Part shown: piece after piece, positions 33,930-44,433 of the stretch | How the letters are laid out: the number at the start of each line of letters is the position of its first letter | Numbering within the stretch: the stretch's first letter is position 1 | Virus record (IMG/VR): IMGVR_UViG_3300028601_000026 | Coordinates: 1 to 64,000 of that record | Direction: 5' to 3' (one strand) | Origin: a virus | Taxonomy: Duplodnaviria; Caudoviricetes | DNA: 64,000 nucleotides | The notes under the pieces: generated by a model | Seen by the model: only the letters and a program-made list of their open reading frames with translations | The model's database searches: none | Told to the model about the DNA's origin: nothing | Translations under genes and position numbers: made by a program

Positions 33930-36896
33930 GTGGCTAAGAGGAATTACAGCTCCGCGGTCATAAAAAATGGTGAGCTCTGGGTTACGGGAGCCAATGCCCT
34001 GGGTGAACTTGGCCTTGGCGACCTGACAGATCATTGGGAGTTAACCCGTGTAGGTTCGGATAGTGACTGGGCACAGGTGGATATCGGGGAAAGCTTTATG
34101 CTGGCCCGAAAAACCAGTGGCTCGTTGTGGGCGTCTGGAGATAACACCTATGGACAAGCGGGCCTTGGAGCTCTCACGTCGGTAGACATACTGACTCAGG
34201 TTGGCACGGATACCGATTGGGCGGCCTGTTCCTGTGGGGCACAGCATGGGGCCGCCATTAAGAGCGATGGCACCTTGTGGACGTGGGGTCAGTACACCTA
34301 TGGGCGTCTGGGTCTTGGGGACTTAATCGATGCCCCGGTAACGGCTCCGACACAGGTTGGTACAGGCACGGATTGGGTAGCTGTAGCCGCCGGAGAAACG
34401 ATAACTCTGGCATTGAAGTCGGATGGATCTCTGTGGGGGTTTGGCTATAACTCTCTAGGAGAGCTAGGCCTGGGTAACACGGCTACGGTCTATGCCCCTA
34501 CCTGTTTATGGGAGGGCCAGGCTTTCGAGCATATCGACTGCGCTCAGGATGGCGCGGTGCTGGTACGCTCGGACGGTACTCTGTGGGCTTCCGGACATAA
34601 TCTGAACAACCGGTTCACTTCTGACATTTCTCTGACCGTTGAGACCTGGACACAGGTAGGCGTGCGTACTGACTGGGCAAAAGCCGTACTGGCAACCTCG
34701 GAAGGGGCCATGCTGGCGTTGGATACCTCCGGGGCCCTGTGGAGTGTCGGCAGAAACTCCTCTGGCGCGGACGGTCTGCTGGGTCTCGGGGATACCACGG
34801 ATCGTTCCGATCTGACCAATGTCACAACCCCTGCAGCTACTTGGAGCAAAATCACCGCCGGTTCCAATACCGCTTTTGCTGAGACTTCCACCGGGGACCT
34901 TTATTCTTTCGGTTCCAATACTTACGGGGCTGCAGCCCTGGGAGACCCTGGAGTCACGGCTTACGTCACCTCCCCTACCCTGCTGACTTCTGGAACCTGG
35001 AGTCTTATGGGAGAGTGTCTTTTTGTAGAGCTTCCTGAAGAAGAAGACCCCATCATTGAAGACCCGAACTACCCCGGCAATGAGGACCCTGGTGATCCTA
35101 CGATCACTTCAGGAGAGTTCCCCGGCCCCTATTTCAACGAGACCCCAGAGTGGCAGTCGGTGCACCGCTGGCTTAACAGTGAGCCCCTTCTGGCTCAGTT
35201 TGCTGACGGAGAGTTGGCTTACGATAACTGGCAGGGGCAGACTCTGACCAATCGGACCAAGCTGCTGCGGGACCGGATGGAGCTGTTTGGCAACTATCTG
35301 GATCTTACTCAATATCAACACCGTGGGCAGAATGTCATTCCGAACGTGGTGTTTGATATTTCTGTGGGAGAGCGAGATGCAGTTTATTACAACCCCGTTG
35401 ATCAGACCTTTTACCCTGCCATAGCGAACAATACAGGCAAAGATGCGGTAGTCGGCCTGGCGGACGTTGCCAACAGCCTGGTGCTGTGCTCCGGGGTGGT
35501 TTCCAGACCTGATCTCTCCGGTCTAGGATTGGGACCCGGAGAAAGCCTGTACCTGTCAGCAACCGTACCGGGAGCTCTGACCAATGAAGCCAGCTACCGG
35601 TTGGTAGGACGCTTTTTTTATGGGGACCTGGTGCAGCTTGGGGGCCCTGGAGGTGGAGGTGCCGGGACGGGGGATATCACTTTCGAGGACGTGTTTTATC
35701 ATACCCTGAGAGAGTATTCAGGCTTCAGCAGGGTTGTGTACGACATCCTCAACAGTCCCAACTCAGTGCAGCCTTCGGCAGGTCTTAAGCACATTATCGG
35801 GGAGACCGCTTGGGAAGGTACGACAGGAGATACTTTTCTTACCTCTGAGATTCTGCCTCAGGAGCTGATCGATGAAGAGGTTTCTCTGAACGATTATTAC
35901 GTTCATGTGGTGGCAGATGCCGCTGCGGACGTTTCTGTGGAAGCCTCTTATGACGGAGGCACAACCTACCAAAGTATTGATCACCTCGCAGTGCAGTCGG
36001 TTACTTTGGGATTTACTTCTCTGCAGCTTCGGGTCTCCCTGGGGGGCAGTGGCAAAGTATATTCCTACGGGGTGCTGCTTCAAGTGGCTGAAACGGTAGC
36101 ACAGAACTGCTCTCGAGCCGCCATGTATGAGACGCTGACCCTGCCGCAAGACATTCCCGAAGGGGCTGCGATCAGTATCCCAAATGGTAATTATTTTAAT
36201 GCCGACGGGATTTCTCTGCATGTGCACTATGATACGATCCGCTTGTTTGAGGGGTATCACTACCACGAAAATGTAAATGCTCAGGGGTTTGGTGTATCTA
36301 TTACACCAATCTATGAGAAATGGCGCCCTGAGGCCGGCCATACTTTGGTATTCGAAGAGTATTACGGTTATGTTGATACTTCAGAGGAGAATCGACAGGA
36401 ACTGATCAGGCTGAGCAACCTGGTGGAAACCTTTACGGGAACCCCCGGGCAGATTCTTATGTGGCCGACTACGGTGGCCCCTGTTGGATGGCTGCTGTAC
36501 CGTAAGGCAACTCTGAATATTGCCGATTATCCGAGTCTGTTTGCTGTGATTGGCACGACCTTCGGAGGGGATGGCACGACGACCTTCTGTTTACAGGATA
36601 CCGCGGGGCGGAGCCCTCTGGCTGCCGGACAGGGCGATGGGCTGACCAACCGGGTTCTCGGAGATCTCGGAGGGGAGGAGCAGCATACCCTTTCCATAGA
36701 AGAGATGCCGGAACATACTCACACAGTCAACGTGGACAACAAAAACAACGTCGATCCCAACACGAGTGCTCACTCCGTAGGCTCAGACGGCAATGCCGAT
36801 TATGGTTTGGATATCACTTCTTCTTCGGCAGGAGGAGGACAGCCCCATAATACTATGCACCCGTTCTTTGTCATTAACTTCATCATCAAGTATTAA
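33930..36896 (+). CDS. Mosaic tail fibre: N-terminal RCC1-like beta-propeller, central fibre domains, C-terminal tail-collar domain
   Basis: Repeated WxWGxNxxGxLGLG/...DW..V..G units; PVGWL...YPSLFAVIGTTFGGDGTTTF...GGEEQHTL..EMP.HTH...PHNTMHPFFVINFIIKY. Confidence 0.8.
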   Translation: MAKRNYSSAVIKNGELWVTGANALGELGLGDLTDHWELTRVGSDSDWAQVDIGESFMLARKTSGSLWASGDNTYGQAGLGALTSVDILTQVGTDTDWAACSCGAQHGAAIKSDGTLWTWGQYTYGRLGLGDLIDAPVTAPTQVGTGTDWVAVAAGETITLALKSDGSLWGFGYNSLGELGLGNTATVYAPTCLWEGQAFEHIDCAQDGAVLVRSDGTLWASGHNLNNRFTSDISLTVETWTQVGVRTDWAKAVLATSEGAMLALDTSGALWSVGRNSSGADGLLGLGDTTDRSDLTNVTTPAATWSKITAGSNTAFAETSTGDLYSFGSNTYGAAALGDPGVTAYVTSPTLLTSGTWSLMGECLFVELPEEEDPIIEDPNYPGNEDPGDPTITSGEFPGPYFNETPEWQSVHRWLNSEPLLAQFADGELAYDNWQGQTLTNRTKLLRDRMELFGNYLDLTQYQHRGQNVIPNVVFDISVGERDAVYYNPVDQTFYPAIANNTGKDAVVGLADVANSLVLCSGVVSRPDLSGLGLGPGESLYLSATVPGALTNEASYRLVGRFFYGDLVQLGGPGGGGAGTGDITFEDVFYHTLREYSGFSRVVYDILNSPNSVQPSAGLKHIIGETAWEGTTGDTFLTSEILPQELIDEEVSLNDYYVHVVADAAADVSVEASYDGGTTYQSIDHLAVQSVTLGFTSLQLRVSLGGSGKVYSYGVLLQVAETVAQNCSRAAMYETLTLPQDIPEGAAISIPNGNYFNADGISLHVHYDTIRLFEGYHYHENVNAQGFGVSITPIYEKWRPEAGHTLVFEEYYGYVDTSEENRQELIRLSNLVETFTGTPGQILMWPTTVAPVGWLLYRKATLNIADYPSLFAVIGTTFGGDGTTTFCLQDTAGRSPLAAGQGDGLTNRVLGDLGGEEQHTLSIEEMPEHTHTVNVDNKNNVDPNTSAHSVGSDGNADYGLDITSSSAGGGQPHNTMHPFFVINFIIKY

Positions 36897-36923
36897 CCTT
36901 TGCTCCCTGCTTAGGATCTTAAT

Positions 36924-37400
36924 GTGCCAGCAGTAGTCTATACCCCAAGAGTGGACGGTAAGCGGGAGTTTCAGGCGAAACCCACGGCAGCAGATCGTCC
37001 AGTGCTAAATCCTATGCTACTCCTGAACGAAATGGAGTCGTTACGGGAGGAGGTGCGCAAGCACTACGAAGTGATGGGCTGCGTTCCTGGACTGGTTCCG
37101 GGGGATGCTACACTGACCCTCTTTGTGTGTGGGTGGGATATGTATCTTCCTCAGGTCGTCGGAGTATCTACGGCACGAGCCTGTGTTGCCGCCAGTGCGG
37201 ATTTTGTCTTGAGCCTTTGGCGGAATGAAACACAGATCGGAACTTTGACATTTGCCGCAGGGGAGACTACCGGAGTGTTTTCCTGGGAAGAAACGTCTCC
37301 GGCTTTTCAGGTAGGAGACATTTTTCGGATAGTGTCTCAGGCACAGGAAGACTTAACCCTGGCAGACATTGCATGGCGCATGCTGTTTTATCGGAGCTAG
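36924..37400 (+). CDS. Tail fibre-associated protein, paralogous N-terminus with 41740
   Basis: MPAVVYTPRVDGKREFQAKPTAADRPVLNP. Confidence 0.6.
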   Translation: MPAVVYTPRVDGKREFQAKPTAADRPVLNPMLLLNEMESLREEVRKHYEVMGCVPGLVPGDATLTLFVCGWDMYLPQVVGVSTARACVAASADFVLSLWRNETQIGTLTFAAGETTGVFSWEETSPAFQVGDIFRIVSQAQEDLTLADIAWRMLFYRS

Positions 37401-37401
37401 G

Positions 37402-38292
37402 ATGCTGGTCAACCTGCAGACATACCGGGCAACCCTCTGCTATTTTTCGAACTACGACGTAGCTTTTGCCGATACAGACAGTGGGGAGCGTTGGGAGGCC
37501 TACACTAAAAATAGCACGGAGATTTATGTACGACGTCGCTCTGCTTTGGGTGTTTGGGATCCGGAGATTCTGGTATCGATTGGGATCCACCTAGACATCC
37601 TGTACTTGAATGGTCATATCAATCTGGTCTTTGAACATAATGGCAAGATCTACTGGAGGGCTTGGCCTGAGAATACCTCTCCTGCATTCATCAAGCCGCC
37701 AGGCTTGTTGACAGAGAGTGTTTATTTTGAGTTTGAGGATCTAAGCGCTTTTTCTATGACCCGTGTCGATCCCATTGAGCCTCGGTCTTACGATGAGGTG
37801 TCTTTGACCTATGGGGATCTCAGCTTCCTCGCCTATGATGTACAGGAAGCTCCTGGTGTCGTGTCCCGGGAAGACGCCTTTACGGTATTTTGGGCTGCTC
37901 CCGGATCTTTGCGAGGCAGTCATCTGCTTGGGTACCGCCTTTATCACAAAGACCTTACAGGTGTCGTTACCTGCGTCAACAGTACCCTGCTCCCGACCCC
38001 CCAGTATATTGGAGACGTCTTTCCAGGCACCTACTTTGCCACGGCTTGCATTTCCCCAGGCCCTGCTGGGGAGTTGTGGGAGGAGAGCCCTGCGGGAAGC
38101 AGTCTTACCGTATTGGAGACAGAAACTTGGCAGCAAGAAACTGTTCCTGTGGTAGGTGCGGATTTTTCCCTGGCAGCTTTGACCAACTTTGAATTTTACA
38201 GCGAGAACAAAAAAGACGAGGTGGTTTTTCTCTACAGCGACCTCGCCTTTTTTTCGATGACGAGCACTGTGCTGGACTACACGCCTATTTAA
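37402..38292 (+). CDS. Hypothetical tail protein
   Basis: ATG 37402 directly after the upstream stop; beta-rich. Confidence 0.5.
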   Translation: MLVNLQTYRATLCYFSNYDVAFADTDSGERWEAYTKNSTEIYVRRRSALGVWDPEILVSIGIHLDILYLNGHINLVFEHNGKIYWRAWPENTSPAFIKPPGLLTESVYFEFEDLSAFSMTRVDPIEPRSYDEVSLTYGDLSFLAYDVQEAPGVVSREDAFTVFWAAPGSLRGSHLLGYRLYHKDLTGVVTCVNSTLLPTPQYIGDVFPGTYFATACISPGPAGELWEESPAGSSLTVLETETWQQETVPVVGADFSLAALTNFEFYSENKKDEVVFLYSDLAFFSMTSTVLDYTPI

Positions 38293-38328
38293 GGTGGTTT
38301 ATTCATTGTTTACTGAGGAGCATCGGGT

Positions 38329-38787
38329 ATGGATGGGTTGTCGTTAAATATCAAGGGGTATGTCGAGGTAGCTCTGCGGGATGCCAGGACTTTGGAATTG
38401 AAGGCGGAGAGTAACCAGCCGAATCTGGTTGTGCCCAATGGGCGCAAGATTCTGCTGACACCTTTCAGTAACCCTTACCTATACCTTAGCAGCTTTACCG
38501 GTCCGGTAACTCGGTCATTGACCACTGTGCCCAATTCTCTGACCTACTCCAGTGTGGCTTCCGGAGATATTTTAGCCAAGGTCACGGGGACTACGTTCAG
38601 TAAGCGCTACCGTAACCAGTTCGGAGCCCCCACATCGACACGCACCATCTATTCGGTGGCTTTGGCTTATAGTACGTCTTCTGGGAACCTGGTGGCTATG
38701 ACCACTCTCCTGACCCCTATTGAGCAGACTGTGAATGATATTGTGGATGTGTACTACACCATTATTATGAGCCCCTACACGGCTTGA
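38329..38787 (+). CDS. Fibre-attachment-like protein resembling 33411
   Basis: NLVVPNG...TIYSVAL...MTTLLTPIEQTVNDIVDVYYTI. Confidence 0.5.
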   Translation: MDGLSLNIKGYVEVALRDARTLELKAESNQPNLVVPNGRKILLTPFSNPYLYLSSFTGPVTRSLTTVPNSLTYSSVASGDILAKVTGTTFSKRYRNQFGAPTSTRTIYSVALAYSTSSGNLVAMTTLLTPIEQTVNDIVDVYYTIIMSPYTA

Positions 38788-38802
38788 CTAGGAGCAGGTA
38801 GC

Positions 38803-41085
38803 ATGAACGGTTACGCCTTTTTGTCTTTGGTTAACGAAGACGGATCACTTCAGGAACAGCAAGGTCGCAAGAACGCTGTTATGGCCCTTGGGGTGGATCG
38901 ATTTTTGTATTACATGTTTACGGGTTCTAACCATTATTCAGACCATCTCACTACCTCTTCTGGGAATTACGGGGAGGGGTACATCAGCATTTGCCCTTTT
39001 ACAGAGTTGAATACAGAGGATTTTCGGCAGGCAGATGGTTTTATGGGGTACACGGAAACCTTGGGACGAGCCTCCAATCTGAGCACCTCCTACTATAAGA
39101 GATATGCTGAGAAAACCTGGGCTACTGGGGATGTAATTGGCAATTTTAAGTCTTTGACTCTCGCTGTGAATGATTATGGCTATGCTCGCCCCCTGATGGC
39201 GGTGCGGCCTTTCAACTTCAGCAGTGTGGGACGTACTTGGGGGCATGCCCCGGTAGATACCTCTGTAAGAGTTCCTTATCTTCTCTATGACTCTGGGTAC
39301 ACGGGGGAATCGGAAGGGAAAGCCGTATTTGGAGGAACCCCGTCCTGTACAGAGGCCGACTGCAACAAATTTTTTGCGGTATTGACTCAGGGTGGGGTTA
39401 CCGGGCAGAGTGCTTATAAGGTATTGGCTGCTCCCATGTACCCAAAGCAGCTAAGTTTTTATAATTATTACCGAAAAGAGTTGACCGCTTTTCCAGGTTT
39501 TTATGTCAAGCCATACCAGTCGCGCTTGCGCTACCGCGCTCGGGATGGGGTGGTCTGGGCTTACAATTATTGGAGCTACTCTTCCAAGGTTACCTATGTC
39601 GGAGCGCTGTATGCCTATGATACGAAACGGGGGATAAACAATGGCCTAGCACAAACACACTACCGGCCAGAGGTCACGGCCTCAGCTCGTTACGACATGA
39701 ACGGGGTGGCCATTGAAGAGGGGGGGCGCTCTGCCTGGTGTACATTGACTCCGGTGTCTCAGGGAGACGCTTACCAGCCAGTTGTGCTGCATGCCACCAT
39801 AAACACAGCTTCCGGGAATCTCCTTCATGAGAGGTACAGTACTCAGGATATCCTGACCAGCAGCGGCCTCACTCAGACCACACCGGAATACTACGATTTC
39901 AGTTCACCAATGATCTGCCCGTTGACAGGGGATTTGTTTATCTGGACCTCTGATGAAAAAGAGCATACCGGGCTGTACCGGAGAAATACTACCACCGGAC
40001 AGTGGGCTCGCCTCCCAAATACGCAGGATAAACGCCCTTGCTTTGCACTGAGCACAATTGATTCTCGGGGATATATTTATTGGGTGGTTGCAGCTACGGG
40101 AGAGCTGATCAAGTACAATACGGTAACCAATCTGATTGAGGCTACCTACAGCACTTCCAGCACCCCGGCTCTGGCCTTTCCAATCACAGACAGTTCCTAT
40201 ATGTCAACGCGTGGAGACTTACTGTGCGTGGATTTGCAGGATAATCTCTGGATTGCCCACAACACCGACAATGCTGGGGTATCTTGCCTGTCGGCAGACG
40301 GTACAACCCTCATAAATTACAACACCTCTGCAGCAGCTAACAGCTTTTTTAATCGAGATGCTCCCGGGCTTCCAAGCAATTTGAAGATTGTGGCTCTGGC
40401 GTGTGACCCCTTCGGTCGGATGTTGGCTCTGCCGGCAAACTATGCTTCTATCGGAGTGTTTGAGGCAGGGCAGTGGTTTTCTTGGCATTATGGGGGAGAT
40501 AGCGCCATTCTCGACATCACGCCCTTTGAATACGGGATTTTGCTGACTCGGACTACTCATCAGACAGCCTACGCCTACTATTTTGAGCATGTCCCTTATC
40601 CTCTGGTCAGCTACGGCTGGGATGGCTCTCAGTGGGTTATGGGGCATTCGGGATCCAAGCCTACCCATGCCACGGAAGAGGATGTCGTGGATGGCCTGAC
40701 CCTGCGGTTTGAGGCAGATAAGAGCTACATTGAAGGGGAGTGGTTCTCCACCGTAGCTGGAACCGGCATCGTCAAGGACAATCTGCAGACCTTGACTGTG
40801 CGCTACAACTGGTACGCCGCAAATCTGATCTATACAGAAAATGAAACAATGACTGCGGCAGAGGGTTTGTCTCTGGCGTGTGCCCAGGACCCCGCTTTTC
40901 TGATTTGCGAGAGGGATGAATTGGTTTCTTGGAGTGCCACCTTGGATGGCATTCCAATTACCTTGCAGACAACTACACCTTCAACCTCTGGGCAGGTCTA
41001 TGTTTCCACTGGAGGAAGCCTGACCTTCCACGCGGAGGACCTTGGGAAAACTTTTAGTATCAGCTATTACTGGCTCAAGGAGTAA
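38803..41085 (+). CDS. Tail fibre/receptor-binding protein with probable beta-propeller
   Basis: 760 aa, Tyr/Thr/Ser-rich; DxxDNLWIA / DxxGYIYW propeller-like blades. Confidence 0.55.
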   Translation: MNGYAFLSLVNEDGSLQEQQGRKNAVMALGVDRFLYYMFTGSNHYSDHLTTSSGNYGEGYISICPFTELNTEDFRQADGFMGYTETLGRASNLSTSYYKRYAEKTWATGDVIGNFKSLTLAVNDYGYARPLMAVRPFNFSSVGRTWGHAPVDTSVRVPYLLYDSGYTGESEGKAVFGGTPSCTEADCNKFFAVLTQGGVTGQSAYKVLAAPMYPKQLSFYNYYRKELTAFPGFYVKPYQSRLRYRARDGVVWAYNYWSYSSKVTYVGALYAYDTKRGINNGLAQTHYRPEVTASARYDMNGVAIEEGGRSAWCTLTPVSQGDAYQPVVLHATINTASGNLLHERYSTQDILTSSGLTQTTPEYYDFSSPMICPLTGDLFIWTSDEKEHTGLYRRNTTTGQWARLPNTQDKRPCFALSTIDSRGYIYWVVAATGELIKYNTVTNLIEATYSTSSTPALAFPITDSSYMSTRGDLLCVDLQDNLWIAHNTDNAGVSCLSADGTTLINYNTSAAANSFFNRDAPGLPSNLKIVALACDPFGRMLALPANYASIGVFEAGQWFSWHYGGDSAILDITPFEYGILLTRTTHQTAYAYYFEHVPYPLVSYGWDGSQWVMGHSGSKPTHATEEDVVDGLTLRFEADKSYIEGEWFSTVAGTGIVKDNLQTLTVRYNWYAANLIYTENETMTAAEGLSLACAQDPAFLICERDELVSWSATLDGIPITLQTTTPSTSGQVYVSTGGSLTFHAEDLGKTFSISYYWLKE

Positions 41086-41090
41086 GCTGC

Positions 41091-41702
41091 ATGGCCACTC
41101 CTGTATCCATCGATCCGGAGCACCTCTATCGTATCACGGGAGACGGGTACGTGGTGCGCCCTTTGCTGCTTCGGCGAGACAGCACTCTGTATTTTTTCGG
41201 TCTGAAAAAAGTCTCGGAGGATGCCGATTACGGCCAGCTGGTTTACCGGGAACTCACTTTGACAGATGAGGCTATGCTGCCTCTGATGGAGGAGTTCCCT
41301 TACGATTACTACATCTACTACTCCGAGCCTTATATCCTGGTAGGCAGTGAGCGGGTGCTGTCTGAGACTTCCTTGAAGGTGTCCGAGCCTTTTTACCTGG
41401 TGGATGACACGCAGGTGTTTATCGCCAGTACCAGTGACTCTGGCATTCAGGTAGGCAAGTACGATTTCACCTCACAGCATTATTATACCCAGCAGATCTC
41501 TCCAACTGGTCATACGCCTGCTGTGCTCAAAAATTTATCGGACGGAGGCCACTACCTGTTTTTCTTGGACCTGGACGAAAAAAACGAGGAGAGCCTGTTC
41601 TTCTCGGTAAACCTGTCGGAGGATGTCTGGTCGCCTCCTGCCAAAGCTACCAAAACTCAGGAGCGGGGCCCCTGGTCCCGCCCGATACGTTTTATCAAGT
41701 AA
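41091..41702 (+). CDS. Hypothetical tail protein
   Basis: AAGGAG RBS; in the fibre cluster. Confidence 0.5.
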   Translation: MATPVSIDPEHLYRITGDGYVVRPLLLRRDSTLYFFGLKKVSEDADYGQLVYRELTLTDEAMLPLMEEFPYDYYIYYSEPYILVGSERVLSETSLKVSEPFYLVDDTQVFIASTSDSGIQVGKYDFTSQHYYTQQISPTGHTPAVLKNLSDGGHYLFFLDLDEKNEESLFFSVNLSEDVWSPPAKATKTQERGPWSRPIRFIK

Positions 41703-41739
41703 CTACCCTTCTCCTTAATTTTGCCTCAGGAGCCTGAGC

Positions 41740-42297
41740 ATGCCAGCTGTATCCTATTCCTCCCGCCTGGACGGAAAAAGGGAATTTAAAAGTACCCCCT
41801 CTGCGGCGGACCGACCTGCCTTGAACCCCATGCAGATTGTCAACGAGCTGGAAGCCGCTAAAGCTACCGTACTGGAAGCGACCATTTGGCAAAGTGTGGA
41901 TCTGTCTACGCTGCTGACGGATGCCAGTTATATTGGCCAGACCCGTGTGGATGGCACGGTGGCGGAAAATGCCCTGGGAGCAGGGGCGGCCCTGCGAGTC
42001 AATCAATATGGACAGTACGTTCTCGCCAGTGCTGATGCAGAAACCTTGTGCCCATGCGTGGCCTTGGCCTTGGAGGACGGTACCGGGGTCAAAAAAGTGC
42101 TAACGGATGGATGGTTTCGGAAGTTCAGCTGGAGTTTCACTCCGGGGGCCCTTCTGTTTCTGGATCTCACTTCGGGTCTGATCAGTTCTACTCGGCCCAC
42201 CGGGGAGAATAAGATGGTGCAGATCCTCGGATATGCCGAAGCCCCCTCCATTATCCGGTTCAGACCCTCCTTGAATCTTATCAAACTCGTTGAGTAG
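41740..42297 (+). CDS. Tail protein: shared N-module plus cement-like C-domain
   Basis: MPAVSYSSRLDGKREFKSTPSAADRPALNP; FTPGALLFLD...VQILGYA. Confidence 0.6.
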   Translation: MPAVSYSSRLDGKREFKSTPSAADRPALNPMQIVNELEAAKATVLEATIWQSVDLSTLLTDASYIGQTRVDGTVAENALGAGAALRVNQYGQYVLASADAETLCPCVALALEDGTGVKKVLTDGWFRKFSWSFTPGALLFLDLTSGLISSTRPTGENKMVQILGYAEAPSIIRFRPSLNLIKLVE

Positions 42298-42308
42298 GAG
42301 ATTTATCC

Positions 42309-42818
42309 ATGGCAGCACTTATATTTGTGCTTCGAAACGGAATTCCCATGCATACAGACCTTGTTCGGTCTGGAGACATTCTGGCACCGGAGCGGCCTTC
42401 TGCAGAGCACCTATGGGACAGCACGATAAACGCTTGGGTATTGCACCTCTCAGGATACAAAAGTCAGTGCCTGGAGCAGGTGTACGCAGAGTATGAGGAC
42501 GCCCTGTCTCGGGGAGTGCCTTGTACGGTCGGGGAGGCTACCTATGTCATGGACGCCGGGGAAGAGCATGCAACTCGTTTGGGCGGAGGCATCCGCTTGG
42601 CGGAAATGTTGGGTCAGGTCAGTATCACATTGACAGACTATTACAATAAGGATCACCCGGGCATTCCCTTGGAAGTGGCGCAAGAGGTACTGAAGCAGCA
42701 AGGAGCCCACTATGCTCTGCGCCGGGCTTTGCGGAATTTGAAACGTACTCGGATACAGAGTGCAACCACCCGTGCTGAGGTAGAGGCTGCTCTGAAGCTG
42801 ACCTTGGCTGATCTGTAG
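42309..42818 (+). CDS. Tail fibre assembly chaperone-like protein (DUF4376-like)
   Basis: TYVMDAGEEHATRL...ITLTDYYN...RIQSATTRAEVEA. Confidence 0.55.
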   Translation: MAALIFVLRNGIPMHTDLVRSGDILAPERPSAEHLWDSTINAWVLHLSGYKSQCLEQVYAEYEDALSRGVPCTVGEATYVMDAGEEHATRLGGGIRLAEMLGQVSITLTDYYNKDHPGIPLEVAQEVLKQQGAHYALRRALRNLKRTRIQSATTRAEVEAALKLTLADL

Positions 42819-42828
42819 GGGAACAACC

Positions 42829-43005
42829 ATGCGTACCATAACCGAGATCACCAAGGAATGTGACCATCTGTACCTACTGGAGATGTTTTCCGTGAGTGTG
42901 GATGCCTTGCGCCGCCGACAGGACTGTGTGCAGGTGCCCGAGCTGAAGGACCTTGCCACCACCCTGGTGGATGGCACCACTGAAATCACCCTTACCGCGG
43001 AATAG
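42829..43005 (+). CDS. Small 58-aa ORF absent from the supplied track
   Basis: GGGGA RBS; MRTITEITKECDHLYLLEMF...TEITLTAE; fills the gap between two + genes. Confidence 0.55.
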   Translation: MRTITEITKECDHLYLLEMFSVSVDALRRRQDCVQVPELKDLATTLVDGTTEITLTAE

Positions 43006-43021
43006 CTGAGAAAGACAGGGC

Positions 43022-44326
43022 ATGAAAAAAATTACGCATCAATTCGTGGAAATGCTGGATACTCCAGTGCATCAGACCGTGCTGTATGGAAAGCGGTACA
43101 CAGCCCTGGATGCTCCCTCTGCCGGGTACATAGGTCGGGAAGGCTTTTTGGCCTTAACAGAGGGAAACACTCGGGTAGCTACCCTGGCTACAGAGGAGGA
43201 GCCCCTGATTGTCTCTTTTTCCGGAGGCTTTTCCGCGGACGGTCTTCAGGATGATATCCTCAAAATGACTTCCGGGTTGGAAGTCAACCTTCCCCCTGTG
43301 GGAAGAACACCCTACCAGTATATTTATGTTGAGCTTTCTGAAGACGGGACCCCGAGTCTGGGGGTTACCAACTACGCTCCGGTATATCTGAATGCTCTGC
43401 GTCCGGTTGTCTTGAATCCCTGGATGCGTAGCAATGAGGAGCTTGGATTTTCTGTAGCCGTCAACAACTTTTCTTCCGGAAATTACCCTTACCAGGCTAC
43501 CCGTTACGGGGGAGGAAACTGGCAGACTACGCACGTAGCCTCAGTAGCTTCTCCGAATTGGTTTGAGATGACCTTTGATCAGCCGGTTTTTCTGCACTCG
43601 GCAGAGCTGATGTGCTGCTGGGAAGGGACCTCGAACGATGTCTACCTGATTGACTTTGAGCTGCAGGTATGGGACGGCGCAGATTGGGTGACTGTAGCCT
43701 CCAAAACCGGGGGTACTCGGGTCACCAAGCAGATTCATGTCCTGGAAGCTGCCAGTATGATGCGCACAAGCAAAGCGCGTATTTTGATTACTGACGATTC
43801 CGGAGCCTCGGACATCGACTTCATCCAGTTCAAGGGTATTCCCGCTGGGGACGTGTTTGATATTGGCAGAATGCAGATGCTGTCCGGGGAAGACCTGGTT
43901 ACTCCCGTGCGACGGGTTTATCTGGGGGAACTGGACCGTTCCGGAGAAACTCCGGCACTTACAATCTACGCGTTACGGGGACAGGCTCAGCTGGAAACCC
44001 AGGTTCTGAGCTACGCGCATATGGTGACGCTGTCTCACAACCTTGGCGTGCCCCCGGAGCATTACAGCTACTCGGCGTACTTCAGGGAGGGGTACGGAAA
44101 CTATGTGCCTTTTCACAACCGAACCAATACCGACTCCGATTCCAACGAAAATGCTTTCTGTGGAGCACATCGACAGACACATCGTACCCAGTTCTCCTTC
44201 TGGGACGGTCGTCCGGATTTGCCGAACAATGCCGCGGTGCAATGCCCTACCGTAGAGGAGCCTACCAGCCGGAGTTCTTACCGAGCTCAGGGGATCTACT
44301 ACGTGACTTTCCGACGAAACTTTTGA
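43022..44326 (+). CDS. Tail fibre/adhesin with F5/8-C (discoidin-like) domain
   Basis: NWFEMTFDQPVFLHSAELM...DFELQVWDGADWVTV...RILI. Confidence 0.6.
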   Translation: MKKITHQFVEMLDTPVHQTVLYGKRYTALDAPSAGYIGREGFLALTEGNTRVATLATEEEPLIVSFSGGFSADGLQDDILKMTSGLEVNLPPVGRTPYQYIYVELSEDGTPSLGVTNYAPVYLNALRPVVLNPWMRSNEELGFSVAVNNFSSGNYPYQATRYGGGNWQTTHVASVASPNWFEMTFDQPVFLHSAELMCCWEGTSNDVYLIDFELQVWDGADWVTVASKTGGTRVTKQIHVLEAASMMRTSKARILITDDSGASDIDFIQFKGIPAGDVFDIGRMQMLSGEDLVTPVRRVYLGELDRSGETPALTIYALRGQAQLETQVLSYAHMVTLSHNLGVPPEHYSYSAYFREGYGNYVPFHNRTNTDSDSNENAFCGAHRQTHRTQFSFWDGRPDLPNNAAVQCPTVEEPTSRSSYRAQGIYYVTFRRNF

Positions 44327-44377
44327 CATACTCCCCCTAGATAAATCAAGGGGGTTTACGATGCTCTTGCTAAATTA

Positions 44378-44417
44378 AAATAAAAAAAACGGGCCGATAG
44401 TGGCCCGTTTTTTATTT
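44378..44417. terminator. Bidirectional intrinsic terminator between convergent modules
   Basis: A8-CGGGCC-GATAGT-GGCCCG-T6. Confidence 0.85.
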
Positions 44418-44433
44418 CAATGTCAAAGAGATT

